In this document: one piece after another, positions 8,658-17,067 of the stretch
Numbering within the stretch: position 1 is the stretch's first letter
Layout: every line of letters starts with the position of its first letter
Source of the DNA: Eubacteriales bacterium
Lineage (GTDB): Bacteria; Bacillota; Clostridia; Oscillospirales; CAG-272
Direction of reading: 5' to 3'
Assembly: GCA_045124835.1 (NCBI GenBank)
Contig: JBGVMO010000153.1
Coordinates: 1-53,984, forward strand
DNA length: 53,984 nt
Position numbers and translations under genes: made by a program
The notes under the pieces: generated by a model
What the model was told of the DNA's origin: nothing
What the model saw: only the letters and a program-made list of their open reading frames with translations
Database searches by the model: none

Positions 8658-9791
8658 TTATTTCTTTTTCTTGTTGCTTTTGCTTGCAGTGGGCTTCTTT
8701 ACGATGGGAGTGTAAACCTCGTCGTCAAACTTGGAGCGGATAACGGGAATGTCCTTTTCGTCAAACTCGTCATCCTCGTCATCAATGTGATGGAGCGAGC
8801 GAGAGCTTACCTTGTCCTCGTACTGCGCAGGATTTCTTCTTGCGCGCTCACGCGCCTCCTTTTCAAGAAGCTTCAGCTCCTCGTCCGTGTAGGTGGGCAG
8901 GGGCATAGCCTTGGCCAGAACAAACTGGCGGAGAATGCCGAGCAGAGAGTTGTAAATCCAGTAAAGACCCAAGGCGGCAGGGAAGGTAAAGGCGATAAAG
9001 AGGGACATGGCAGGCATCATCAAGTCCATGATGAAGGTGGAAACCTTGTTGTCTGCGTTGGGGGTAGGCTGAGGCGTGTTGGCCATGAATTTGCGGGAAA
9101 TCTTCATGGACGCGTAAGAGGCAACGAAGGTCAAAATCGGAATGACGACGAGCCAGGAAATGCTCGTGATGCTGGGAATGGCGGTCAAATCCATACCGAA
9201 CATAGAGAAGTTCAAGTCCATAATGGAGGCCGTCACCGTCTCTGCCACATCGGGAATGGAGAAGCCTGCGCCAACGAGTGTGCGGAAATGAGAAAGCACG
9301 TTCAGCTCGCTTGCGGATTCTGCCAATGCGGGCAAGCCAAGACCGACAGCGGCGCCGCCCTCACCAATAAGCCCGTTGATGCCCGTTTTGATGGTGGCAA
9401 TCACATCGGGGGAGATGTTTGCAATGTAAGTCAAGGGCATATACACAATCTGATACAGAATCAGAATGAGGGGAAGCTGAATCAGCATAGGAAGACAGCC
9501 TGCAAGGGGAGAGTAGCCTGCCTCTTGCTGCAGGGCCATAATCTCCTGCTGCTTCTTTTCAAGCGTTTTGCGATCGTTTCTGCCCGCATACTTCTTCTCA
9601 ATGGCGTAAATACGGGGGCGGAGCTTTGCAGCACCAATCTGGGTCTTTTGCTGCTTAATGGATAAGGGGAGAAGGACAAGCGTCAGCGCCAAAGCAAAGA
9701 AAAGCAGTGCTAAGGCATAGCTGTCCGTCAGGTTATAGGCCGTGCGGATTATCCAACCAAACGGCCATCGGATGTAATCCCAAATACTCAT
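8658..9791 (-). CDS. yidC: YidC/Oxa1-family membrane protein insertase
   Basis: 377 aa and multi-TM. It has the motifs GCLPMLIQLPI and the AALGLYW-type. It sits in the rnpA-yidD-yidC-jag order. Confidence 0.9.
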   Translation of the reverse strand: MSIWDYIRWPFGWIIRTAYNLTDSYALALLFFALALTLVLLPLSIKQQKTQIGAAKLRPRIYAIEKKYAGRNDRKTLEKKQQEIMALQQEAGYSPLAGCLPMLIQLPLILILYQIVYMPLTYIANISPDVIATIKTGINGLIGEGGAAVGLGLPALAESASELNVLSHFRTLVGAGFSIPDVAETVTASIMDLNFSMFGMDLTAIPSITSISWLVVIPILTFVASYASMKISRKFMANTPQPTPNADNKVSTFIMDLMMPAMSLFIAFTFPAALGLYWIYNSLLGILRQFVLAKAMPLPTYTDEELKLLEKEARERARRNPAQYEDKVSSRSLHHIDDEDDEFDEKDIPVIRSKFDDEVYTPIVKKPTASKSNKKKK

Positions 9792-9831
9792 TGTTTAAAC
9801 CACGCCCGAGGGCGTGACCTTTCTACCTGTT

Positions 9832-10110
9832 TCATTTTTGACGCCTGGATGTATCGCCCGTCTTCTTGTTAAAGGGGTCAATTCTTTTCCATTTGATGCC
9901 GTAGGGCACGGGGTCATAGCCGCCGCGACAAAACGGATTACAGCGCAATATGCGCCAAACGGTTAAAAAGAAGGCCACCAAAAAGCCACGTTTTTGAAAC
10001 GCCTCAAGGGCGTAGGCAGAGCAGGACGGCGTGAACCTGCAACAAGGCGGTTTGAGGGGCGAAATTCGTTTTCGGTAAAACCGAATGAGTGCAAGTACAA
10101 GTCTTTTCAT
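9832..10110 (-). CDS. yidD: Membrane protein insertion efficiency factor YidD
   Basis: 92 aa. It has [26 protein letters not shown]. It overlaps rnpA by 4 nt. Confidence 0.9.
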   Translation of the reverse strand: MKRLVLALIRFYRKRISPLKPPCCRFTPSCSAYALEAFQKRGFLVAFFLTVWRILRCNPFCRGGYDPVPYGIKWKRIDPFNKKTGDTSRRQK

Positions 10111-10484
10111 TGTACCAGAAGGTGTAAGCGCGAAAGCGCCTCCTTTAAATCTTGCGCCAGAAGTGTAGACGTCAGGGCGATTGCGCGCTCGCGCGCGGCG
10201 ATGACGATTAAAAATCCGGTCTTAACCGTATATTCCTTGTCAACCGCGCGATATGCCTCGCGCATAATGCGCTTAACGCGGTTGCGGACAACGGCGCCAC
10301 CCAGCTTTTTTGTGGCAGTCAGACCGATACGGTTGGTTTTTTCCTTACGGGGATGGGCGCGGCGCCGAGCCTCCGCCGTATAGTCGGGCAAAACGTACAC
10401 CGCCAAGCTTGGCGTGACAGCCCTTTTTCCTTTTGCATATGCCTTTGCGTATAAATGATTTTCTCGGATAGCGTGAAATTTCAT
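10107..10484 (-). CDS. rnpA: Ribonuclease P protein component
   Basis: A basic protein of about 125 aa ([13 protein letters not shown]). I prefer the ATG at 10484. The ORF track extends to a GTG at 10499. Confidence 0.88.
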   Translation of the reverse strand: MKFHAIRENHLYAKAYAKGKRAVTPSLAVYVLPDYTAEARRRAHPRKEKTNRIGLTATKKLGGAVVRNRVKRIMREAYRAVDKEYTVKTGFLIVIAARERAIALTSTLLAQDLKEALSRLHLLVQ

Positions 10485-10522
10485 ACAGTAGCCTTTCACT
10501 TGGCGTTCGGTGCTTCAATAAT

Positions 10523-10562
10523 GAAAAAACTCCGATAAGGCACGCACGGTGAGTTATCGGAG
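10523..10562 (-). terminator. Hairpin plus U-tract between rpmH and rnpA (partial terminator/attenuator)
   Basis: On the minus strand, CTCCGATAA pairs with TTATCGGAG around a 15-nt loop. TTTTTTC follows. Confidence 0.6.
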
Positions 10563-10604
10563 CATTTCAATCGGTTGGACAAGACCAAAGCCGAATCATT
10601 GGAA

Positions 10605-10739
10605 TCAATAGGTAAGGCGAGCTCTTCCTTTTGCGCGTCTTCTTTTCAGAACCTTTCTGCCGTTAGCAGTTGCCATTCTTTTTCTGAAGCCGTGTTCCTT
10701 TTTTCTCTGTCTCTTCTTAGGTTGATAAGTTCTTTTCAT
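10605..10739 (-). CDS. rpmH: 50S ribosomal protein L34
   Basis: It is below the ORF-track cutoff. My hand translation is [44 protein letters not shown], with stop TGA. The RBS is GGAGGG. Confidence 0.95.
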   Translation of the reverse strand: MKRTYQPKKRQRKKEHGFRKRMATANGRKVLKRRRAKGRARLTY

Positions 10740-10832
10740 GACAGAATCCCTCCTTGTTTTTTTCAGCAAATGATATCAAAACGGGAAAGCGCGCTGTGAC
10801 GCCGTCCCAAGCATATCCACAAAGGCCTATAA

Positions 10833-10861
10833 ATTATAGCAAAAATAAATCCGATTGTCAA
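10833..10861 (-). promoter_or_regulatory. Consensus sigma-A promoter for rpmH
   Basis: The minus strand reads TTGACA, a 17-nt spacer, then TATAAT. Confidence 0.7.
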
Positions 10862-10924
10862 TAGATTTATAAAAAAATAAGTAAAAAATAACAAAAAAAG
10901 ATGTAAATCTTTTGAAAACAAAGG

Positions 10925-10955
10925 AAAAACGGGCCGCTTTTTGAAACGCAACCCG
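10925..10955 (-). terminator. Intrinsic terminator after potD
   Basis: On the minus strand, CGGGTTGC pairs with GCGGCCCG (two G-U pairs) around a 10-nt loop. TTTTT follows. Confidence 0.55.
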
Positions 10956-10979
10956 TTTTTTTACACTGCAAGGGCTTTC

Positions 10980-12278
10980 TTAGTCCGTGTAGCCCCGCTC
11001 ACGCTTCTTTTTTCTGATAAAGAAGAAGAGCCAAGCACCGAAAAGGGAACCCAGAATGAGAACGTCGGCCACAATTATCCAAGCCTCAATCGAGCTTTCG
11101 ATCTTGATGTCCGACCAAAGCGCGTTGGTGTAGTCTAAAAGATTGCCGTTTTCCGCGGTGTTGGTGATGGCGTGATAGAAGGAGCGGCGGCTTTCGGCGT
11201 CAATATCCTTTAAATCCACGTAATCGTTCACCACGGCATCCGCGCTGTACAGAATGTCAAGCGATTCCTCGTGCCATTCAAGCATATAGTCTTGGTATTC
11301 CTCGTTTTCTGTTACCACGGTGTTGGGCGAGGAATAGCCGATATATTCGGCATTGGCAAGCGCAGGCTCCTCGGAAAGCATAAAGTTGATGTACTCCATG
11401 CCAATTTCGGGCAAGCGCGCGCATTTGGGAACGCACATCGCGTCAACGAAAATGTTGGTGCCCTCCTCGGGAGTATAGAAGCAAAGCGAATCGTTGGAAT
11501 CGTACATCGTCAGAAAGTCGCCCGCGTAGTAGGGCGCAATCCAAGCGGAGCCCGAAATCATCTTGTTGAAGATTTCGTCCATTACGTAGGCCTGCACCAA
11601 GGGCTTCTGCTCCTTCAAGAGCGCGGCGGCCTCGTCCCACTTGGCATGGTCTGTCGTGTTCACGCTGTAGCCCAAGCGGTAAAGCGCGGTGGCAAGCGCA
11701 TCGCGCGGGTTGTTGAACTGCAAAATCTTTCCGCTGTATTTTTCATTCCAAAGCAAATCCCAGGAGCCGATATCCTCCTCGTCCACGTAGTCGGCGTTGT
11801 AAATAATGCCCACCGTGCCGTAGGTGTAGGGAACGGAATACTTACCTTCGGGGTCATAGGTGTTAAAATCGGTGCGGAACTTCTCGTCAATGTTCTCGTA
11901 GTTGGGAATCTTGGAGAAATCAAGCTCGCAAAGCAGGTTTTCGGCTATCATCTTTTCTATCATATACTCAGAAGGGATGATAACGTCAAAGGCGCCGCTG
12001 CCGCTGACGATTTTGTTGTACATATCCTCGTTGGAGGGATAGGTCGAATAGTTCACCGCAATCTTAAAGCCGTATTTCTCGGCCAGATTTTCGTTGAAAT
12101 ATTCCTCAAAAAGCGCGTTCACGTCGGGAAGCTCGTAGGAGCCGTCCGAAATGTACTGCCCCCAGTTATACACGTTCAGCGTCTTGGTGGGCAGATTGTC
12201 CTTTTCACAGGAGGTGAGCCAAACGGCCGAGAAGGCGAGAAGCAGGGCGAGAAGCAGGGCTAAAATTCTTTTTTTCAT
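10980..12278 (-). CDS. potD: Spermidine/putrescine ABC transporter substrate-binding lipoprotein with an extra C-terminal TM anchor
   Basis: 432 aa. The signal peptide and lipobox read LTSC. The PotD-like body includes LNVYNWGQYI. A C-terminal hydrophobic helix (WIIVADVLILGSLFGAWLFFFI) is followed by RKKKRER. Confidence 0.85.
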   Translation of the reverse strand: MKKRILALLLALLLAFSAVWLTSCEKDNLPTKTLNVYNWGQYISDGSYELPDVNALFEEYFNENLAEKYGFKIAVNYSTYPSNEDMYNKIVSGSGAFDVIIPSEYMIEKMIAENLLCELDFSKIPNYENIDEKFRTDFNTYDPEGKYSVPYTYGTVGIIYNADYVDEEDIGSWDLLWNEKYSGKILQFNNPRDALATALYRLGYSVNTTDHAKWDEAAALLKEQKPLVQAYVMDEIFNKMISGSAWIAPYYAGDFLTMYDSNDSLCFYTPEEGTNIFVDAMCVPKCARLPEIGMEYINFMLSEEPALANAEYIGYSSPNTVVTENEEYQDYMLEWHEESLDILYSADAVVNDYVDLKDIDAESRRSFYHAITNTAENGNLLDYTNALWSDIKIESSIEAWIIVADVLILGSLFGAWLFFFIRKKKRERGYTD

Positions 12279-13090
12279 TTCTTTGCCCCCGCTTTCTTCT
12301 TTTCACCGCGGGAGGCCGCCAGATTGGAAAGCACCAGAAGCAGAAGAATCACGATAACGATAATGGTGAAAAGCGCGTAAATATCGGGCTTCACGGGCTT
12401 CTTGGTGTAGTTGTAGATCAGAACGGGAAGGGTCGTAAAGTTGTCTCCGCCGTTGAAAAGGGAAATAACGAAGTCGTCAAGCGAGAGGGTAAAGGCCATA
12501 ATAAAGCCGGAAATAACACCGGGCATAATGTTGGGAAGCTCCACAAGGAAAAAGGATTTCACGGGAGAGCAGCCCAAATCCTGTGCCGCCTCGGGCAAGA
12601 ACTTGTCAAGCTGACGGAGCTTGGGAGAGACGGAGAGAATGACGTAGGGCAAATTGAAGGTCACGTGGGCAATCAACAGGGTGAAAAAGCCGAGGTTTAC
12701 CTCAACGCTGCCTAAAATGCGGTTGCTGATGAACACGAAAAGAAGCATCATGGAAATACCCGTCACGATATCGGGATTCATCATCGGGATGTTGGTAACG
12801 GCATTTACCGAGCTTTTCAGCCACTTGGTGCGCATACGGGAAAGGCCAACGGCCGCCAGCGTGCCGATAACGGTGGCAAGGAGGGCGGAGGTGAGCGCAA
12901 GCAAAAGGCTGTTTTTCAGGGCGTCAAACAAGTCGGGCTTTTTGAAAAGCTCTGCGTACCACTGAAAAGAGAAGCCCTCCATAACCGAGGTGCTTTCGCC
13001 ACTGTTGAAGGAGAAAATGGCAATAACCGCAATGGGCGCATATAAAAGAAGGTATACGATGCCCATATAAATCTTGGAAGCGATTTTCAC
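12275..13090 (-). CDS. potC: Spermidine/putrescine ABC transporter permease
   Basis: 271 aa with 6 TM segments. It has an EAA-loop-like sequence (EAAQDLGCSPVKSFFLVELP). It overlaps both neighbours by 4 nt. Confidence 0.88.
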   Translation of the reverse strand: MKIASKIYMGIVYLLLYAPIAVIAIFSFNSGESTSVMEGFSFQWYAELFKKPDLFDALKNSLLLALTSALLATVIGTLAAVGLSRMRTKWLKSSVNAVTNIPMMNPDIVTGISMMLLFVFISNRILGSVEVNLGFFTLLIAHVTFNLPYVILSVSPKLRQLDKFLPEAAQDLGCSPVKSFFLVELPNIMPGVISGFIMAFTLSLDDFVISLFNGGDNFTTLPVLIYNYTKKPVKPDIYALFTIIVIVILLLLVLSNLAASRGEKKKAGAKK

Positions 13091-13902
13091 AGAATCATAC
13101 CTCCTTCCGCCTCATCGTCTGCAAACTTATTCATAATCGCCATAGAAAGCAGAATGAGAACCATCATAACGAGGGAGATAGCGGCGCCCACGTTGTAGGT
13201 GCTGGGGTTGGCAAACTGGCGCTCAATGGTGTCGCCAATCAGCTCAAAGGTGCCGCCGCCCAGCTTCTGCGAAATATAGAAGGTGCTGATAGAGGGAACG
13301 AACACCATCGTTACGCCCGAAATGATACCCGAGCGGGAGAGGGGAAGCACCACGCGCGTCAAAACGGCAAAATGGTTACAGCCAAGGTCGCTTGCCGCCT
13401 CTAAAACGCGCTTGTCCATTTTGGACATAACGGTGTAAATGGGTAAAATCATATAGGGCAAAAAGTCGTAAACCATACCGAAAATAACGGCGCCCTTGGT
13501 GCCGACGATATGGAAATTTGTTCCAAGCAGGGTATTGATGAGGCCGCCGTCATCCAAAATGGCCATCATCGAGAAGGTGCGGATCAAAAGATTAATCCAC
13601 ATAGGAACCAAGGCCGCCATCAGAAGCAGAGGCTGGCGGGAGGGCTTAGCGCGCGAAATGAAATAGGCCATCGGATAACCGATAAGCACGCAGATGACGG
13701 TGGCTATCAGCGAGAGGCTGATAGACAAAAAGAAGGTTTCGCCGTAATCCGAAAGCGCCGAAATGTTGGCAAGGGTAAAGTCACCGTTGGCGTCGGTTAA
13801 AGCATAGTACAAAACGAAAATCAAGGGCGCAACGATGAAAAGCACGCTCCAGACAACGTGCGGCGCGGCGGCACAACGGGAGAAAAAGGATTTAATTTTC
13901 AT
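13087..13902 (-). CDS. potB: Spermidine/putrescine ABC transporter permease
   Basis: It has an EAA loop ([20 protein letters not shown]). I prefer the ATG at 13902 (MKIKSFF, RBS GGAGAG). The track ORF extends to 13986, inside potA. Confidence 0.85.
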   Translation of the reverse strand: MKIKSFFSRCAAAPHVVWSVLFIVAPLIFVLYYALTDANGDFTLANISALSDYGETFFLSISLSLIATVICVLIGYPMAYFISRAKPSRQPLLLMAALVPMWINLLIRTFSMMAILDDGGLINTLLGTNFHIVGTKGAVIFGMVYDFLPYMILPIYTVMSKMDKRVLEAASDLGCNHFAVLTRVVLPLSRSGIISGVTMVFVPSISTFYISQKLGGGTFELIGDTIERQFANPSTYNVGAAISLVMMVLILLSMAIMNKFADDEAEGGMIL

Positions 13903-15034
13903 TCTCTCCGTCTGCCTCCTCTTCATCCTCAGCGTTGGGATTGGAAAGCTCGTCCATTTCCTGCGAGAAGGTCGAATAGTCGCCAAACTGGCCGGAAAAT
14001 TCGGACTTTTTCATAATGTGAATGGCATCAGGCTCAATGTAAATGCCGATGTTGGCACCCTCAGCCACGTAGTCGGTGGTTTGGATCATCCACTTGAAGC
14101 CGTCAACGTCAACGATGATTTCCCAGTGCACGCCCTTGAAGGTCACGGAGGTGACAGTACAGCGGAGCATACCGTTTTCGGGAAGCACAACGTCAATATC
14201 CTCAGGACGCACAACAACGTCCACAGGCTCGTTCTTGGAGAAGCCGCCGTCCACACATTCAAAGGTGTGACCGGCAAAGCGCACGCGGCAGTCAGCCAGC
14301 ATTACGCCGTCAAGAATATTGGATTCGCCGATAAAGTCAGCAACGAAGGCGTTCTCAGGCTCGTTGTAAATATCCGTGGGCGTGCCGATTTGCTGAATCT
14401 TACCGTTCTGCATAACCACAACGGTGTCAGACATAGAAAGGGCTTCCTCTTGATCATGGGTCACGTAAATAAAGGTAATGCCCGTTGCCTGTTGGATCTT
14501 TTTAAGCTCTGCCTGCATATCCTTGCGCAGCTTCAAATCCAAAGCACCCAAGGGCTCGTCAAGCAGAAGCACGCGAGGCTTGTTTATCAAAGCGCGCGCA
14601 ATGGCAACGCGCTGCTGCTGACCGCCGGAAAGCAGGTTGACGTTTTTCTTTTCAAAGCCCTTGAGGGAAACCATTGCCAGCATCTCGCGAACGCGGGCGT
14701 TTACCTCTTCGTTGGGCACGTGCGCTAAGCGCAGGCCAAAGGCGATATTTTCAAAAACATTTAAATGCGGGAACAAGGCGTATTTCTGGAAAACGGTGTT
14801 CACGTTACGCTTGTAGGGGGGCAGCTCGCTGATTTCCGCTCCGTCAAAGAAGATTTCGCCGGCATCGGCTTTTTCAAAGCCGCCTATCAAACGCAGAGTG
14901 GTTGATTTGCCGCAGCCCGAGGGGCCAAGCAGCGTTACGAATTCCTTGTCTTTGATCTCCAAGGAAATATTGTCCAAAACCAATTCACCGTCAAAAGACT
15001 TGGAAATACCGCGCAATTCAATGATTTTGTTCAT
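13892..15034 (-). CDS. potA: Spermidine/putrescine ABC transporter ATP-binding protein
   Basis: Walker A is GPSGCGKST, the signature is LSGGQQQR and Walker B is LLLDEP. The C-terminal domain is TOBE-like. The ATG at 15034 is assumed. The track ORF starts at a TTG at 15067. Confidence 0.9.
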   Translation of the reverse strand: MNKIIELRGISKSFDGELVLDNISLEIKDKEFVTLLGPSGCGKSTTLRLIGGFEKADAGEIFFDGAEISELPPYKRNVNTVFQKYALFPHLNVFENIAFGLRLAHVPNEEVNARVREMLAMVSLKGFEKKNVNLLSGGQQQRVAIARALINKPRVLLLDEPLGALDLKLRKDMQAELKKIQQATGITFIYVTHDQEEALSMSDTVVVMQNGKIQQIGTPTDIYNEPENAFVADFIGESNILDGVMLADCRVRFAGHTFECVDGGFSKNEPVDVVVRPEDIDVVLPENGMLRCTVTSVTFKGVHWEIIVDVDGFKWMIQTTDYVAEGANIGIYIEPDAIHIMKKSEFSGQFGDYSTFSQEMDELSNPNAEDEEEADGENEN

Positions 15035-15118
15035 TTCTTTCTCGATTTTCGCTCCTTTTAGCGTCAAAAATACCGTTATCTGTCGCCGCTTTTCAGGGGG
15101 CGATATATAACGATAAGA

Positions 15119-15147
15119 ATTATAGCAAAAACCTACAAAAAATGCAA
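15119..15147 (-). promoter_or_regulatory. Candidate sigma-A promoter of potABCD
   Basis: The minus strand reads TTGCAT, a 17-nt spacer, then TATAAT. Confidence 0.5.
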
Positions 15148-15250
15148 TATATTTTCAAAAAAAATTCTATTTTTTTTAATTCTTTCCGCGAAATTTCAAG
15201 AGCTTTCAGGGTTTTTAAACTTGTTATCTTCCGTTATCTCTTTTTTTCTC

Positions 15251-15946
15251 TTAAAAGCTCTTAAAATCTCGTTTTTTGTTAAAATCATCACATACAACCC
15301 TCCAAAAGAAAAAAAGAGAGAAAAAAACACCGTAAAGGCCGATTCCGCCGAAATAGAAGAGAAAAGCGCAAAAAAAGAAGAGAAAAGCAAGAAGAATGGC
15401 GGAAAAAAGTCGAAAGGCCGCTTCTGCCGTCTCTGTGGGCAAAAGGGCGTGAAGCAACAGAAGAAGAAGTCTGCCGCCGTCCGTGGTGAAAACGGGTAAC
15501 AGATTAAAAAGCGCCGGCATCAGATGAAGCGTGGCGTAAAGACGAAAAAAATCTCCTTGCCCGAAAAGTAAAAGAAGCGCCGCCGCCAATACATTAAAAA
15601 GAGGGCCGCCTATGGCAATCAGCGCCTCTTTTTTTGGTGAGAGCGGCAAGGCGCTCTCTAAGCGAAGCCCAAAGGTATCCGCAAAAAGACGGGAGGGAGG
15701 AACGCCGCATAAAAGAAAAAAGAAAAGATGCCCTCCCTCGTGCCACAGCACCGCCGAGGCACCGAGTAATAGGACGAAGGGCTCCTCGACGAGAAGGGCG
15801 GAGAATAAGGGAATCAGCAAAAGGAAAAGAGAAAGCTTACCCCTCGGTGCGTTCCACGTAGGCCTTGGCCAGCGCCTCAATGCGCGCCCTCCTTTCTGCC
15901 TCCTCCTTTTGCTCGTCAAGACCGAGAAAAACGGAAATTGCTCCAT
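15251..15946 (-). CDS. Minimal M50-family (site-2 protease/SpoIVFB-like) membrane zinc metalloprotease; start uncertain
   Basis: It has HExxH inside a TM segment (LWHEGGHLFFF) and a second motif, NLLPVFTTDGGRLL. It is polytopic. The annotated ATG at 15946 overlaps the upstream gene by 110 nt, so the true start may be internal. Confidence 0.65.
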   Translation of the reverse strand: MEQFPFFSVLTSKRRRQKGGRALRRWPRPTWNAPRGKLSLFLLLIPLFSALLVEEPFVLLLGASAVLWHEGGHLFFFLLCGVPPSRLFADTFGLRLESALPLSPKKEALIAIGGPLFNVLAAALLLLFGQGDFFRLYATLHLMPALFNLLPVFTTDGGRLLLLLLHALLPTETAEAAFRLFSAILLAFLFFFCAFLFYFGGIGLYGVFFSLFFFWRVVCDDFNKKRDFKSF

Positions 15947-16160
15947 CCTCCGTCAAAAATTCTCCGATGAGGGAGGCCGCGCGGTACATTTCTCCAAGCC
16001 CGCTTGGACGGTAGAGGAAATAAGAGAAAAAGCCGAGAAACGCAGAAAGAAATAGGGCGAGAAGGGGTAAAAAGAGGCGTCGCTTCTCACCCTCGTCTTT
16101 GCTGAGCGTCTCAAGGCTTTGAGAGATTCTTTCTTCCGAAAAATAATCGCCGTTACGCAT
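15837..16160 (-). CDS. Hypothetical single-pass membrane protein
   Basis: I prefer the ATG at 16160 (MRNGDYF), which has RBS AAGGAG. It has one TM helix (LFLPLLALFLSAFLGFFSYFLY). I recognise no family. Confidence 0.5.
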   Translation of the reverse strand: MRNGDYFSEERISQSLETLSKDEGEKRRLFLPLLALFLSAFLGFFSYFLYRPSGLGEMYRAASLIGEFLTEDGAISVFLGLDEQKEEAERRARIEALAKAYVERTEG

Positions 16161-16266
16161 AAAAGCTCCTTTTTGTTGTTGCTTCTTCACTATATGAGGC
16201 GGAAGCGCAAAAAATGAAAAAATAAAGGGCGGGAGTATAGTCACTCCCGCCCTTTGCATACATGCT

Positions 16267-17034
16267 TTAAAGAAGCTGTGTTTCGGAGGAAACGGTGGCC
16301 GTTTGGCCCTTTCGCATTGTTAAAACAAGACGCCCTGCGTTATCAATGGCCGTTGCGCGCCCCAAACAGCGCTTGCCGTTGATTTTGGCGCCAACAAGAC
16401 GCCCCACTGTCACAGAGCGGCGGCGGTATTCGTCAAAGAGGGCGGCGCGCGAGGCGTCGGGGGCTTCGTACATACCGTAAAAGTCGCGCAGATAGGTTTG
16501 GGCGATACGGTCGGCCGTGCTGATGCTTCTGTTTGTGAAAACACTGGTAACAATGTCCTCAAGGCGCGTTGGAAAATGCGAGGGCTGTACCAGAATAACC
16601 GTTTTGATGATCAGATGCTCAAGATATCCCGTGGAAAAAAGCTGGCTTTCCGCGGTGACGTTGGCAATGTGCCGTCTTCCCGCCACCAGTGTGAAGGGCC
16701 AAGCAATGCCAAGCTGATGGTCGGAATGCGCCTCGATGGCGTGGCAGGCGGCCACGGTTGCCATCATGTTGAAGTGCATATTTTGTGCGGTCAGGGCGGC
16801 GGGGCGCAGGAAGGTGTAAAGATGTAAGCGCATTTCCTTGGCGGAAAGATGCTCTATGTCCTCTCCCTCGGTAAAGTTGGAAATCACGGTGTAGCCGTCC
16901 GTTAAGCCGCCGCGGCTTATCATCGCGCGCAAGGAATCGGCAGGGGAGGCGTCTATGCGGTTGTCAACGAGAAGCACTCTTCCGCCGGGGGATTGGATAG
17001 AGGTTAACCCGGCCTCATAGCGTCCCTTTACCAT
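16267..17034 (-). CDS. Biotin-protein-ligase (BirA/BPL_LplA_LipB)-like protein, apparently catalytically degenerate
   Basis: 255 aa with RBS GGAGGGG. The layout resembles the BirA catalytic plus C-terminal SH3-like domains. GIAWPFTLVAGRRHIANV stands where BirA has IKWPNDL..KxxGIL. GRATAIDNAGRLVL stands where BirA has GxAxGIDxxGxLxL. No GRGRxGRxW loop is present. Confidence 0.45.
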   Translation of the reverse strand: MVKGRYEAGLTSIQSPGGRVLLVDNRIDASPADSLRAMISRGGLTDGYTVISNFTEGEDIEHLSAKEMRLHLYTFLRPAALTAQNMHFNMMATVAACHAIEAHSDHQLGIAWPFTLVAGRRHIANVTAESQLFSTGYLEHLIIKTVILVQPSHFPTRLEDIVTSVFTNRSISTADRIAQTYLRDFYGMYEAPDASRAALFDEYRRRSVTVGRLVGAKINGKRCLGRATAIDNAGRLVLTMRKGQTATVSSETQLL

Positions 17035-17067
17035 AAGAGCCCCTCCTTTCGTTGCAAAACGTGATAA

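Noticed and set aside
10740-10980. A possible oriC or dnaA-box cluster upstream of rpmH. ATATCCACA at 10813-10821 matches the DnaA box TTATCCACA at 8 of 9 positions.
   Set aside because: There is only a single box-like match. No dnaA gene, AT-rich DUE or box cluster is present. The region is fully accounted for by the rpmH promoter and the potD terminator.
13903-13986. The N-terminal extensions offered by the ORF track for potB. The same applies to trmL (20093-20143), rny (38377-38511), GH43 (35388-35504), mgtC (31880-32053), the AGCS gene (44733-44885), the DMT gene (47631-47702), the GH16 gene (43750-43800), mgtE (21959-21988) and hrcA (38803-38838).
   Set aside because: In each case an internal start with a proper Shine-Dalgarno sequence begins the conserved protein sequence. 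The extension either overlaps the neighbouring gene or a regulatory element, or is compositionally aberrant.
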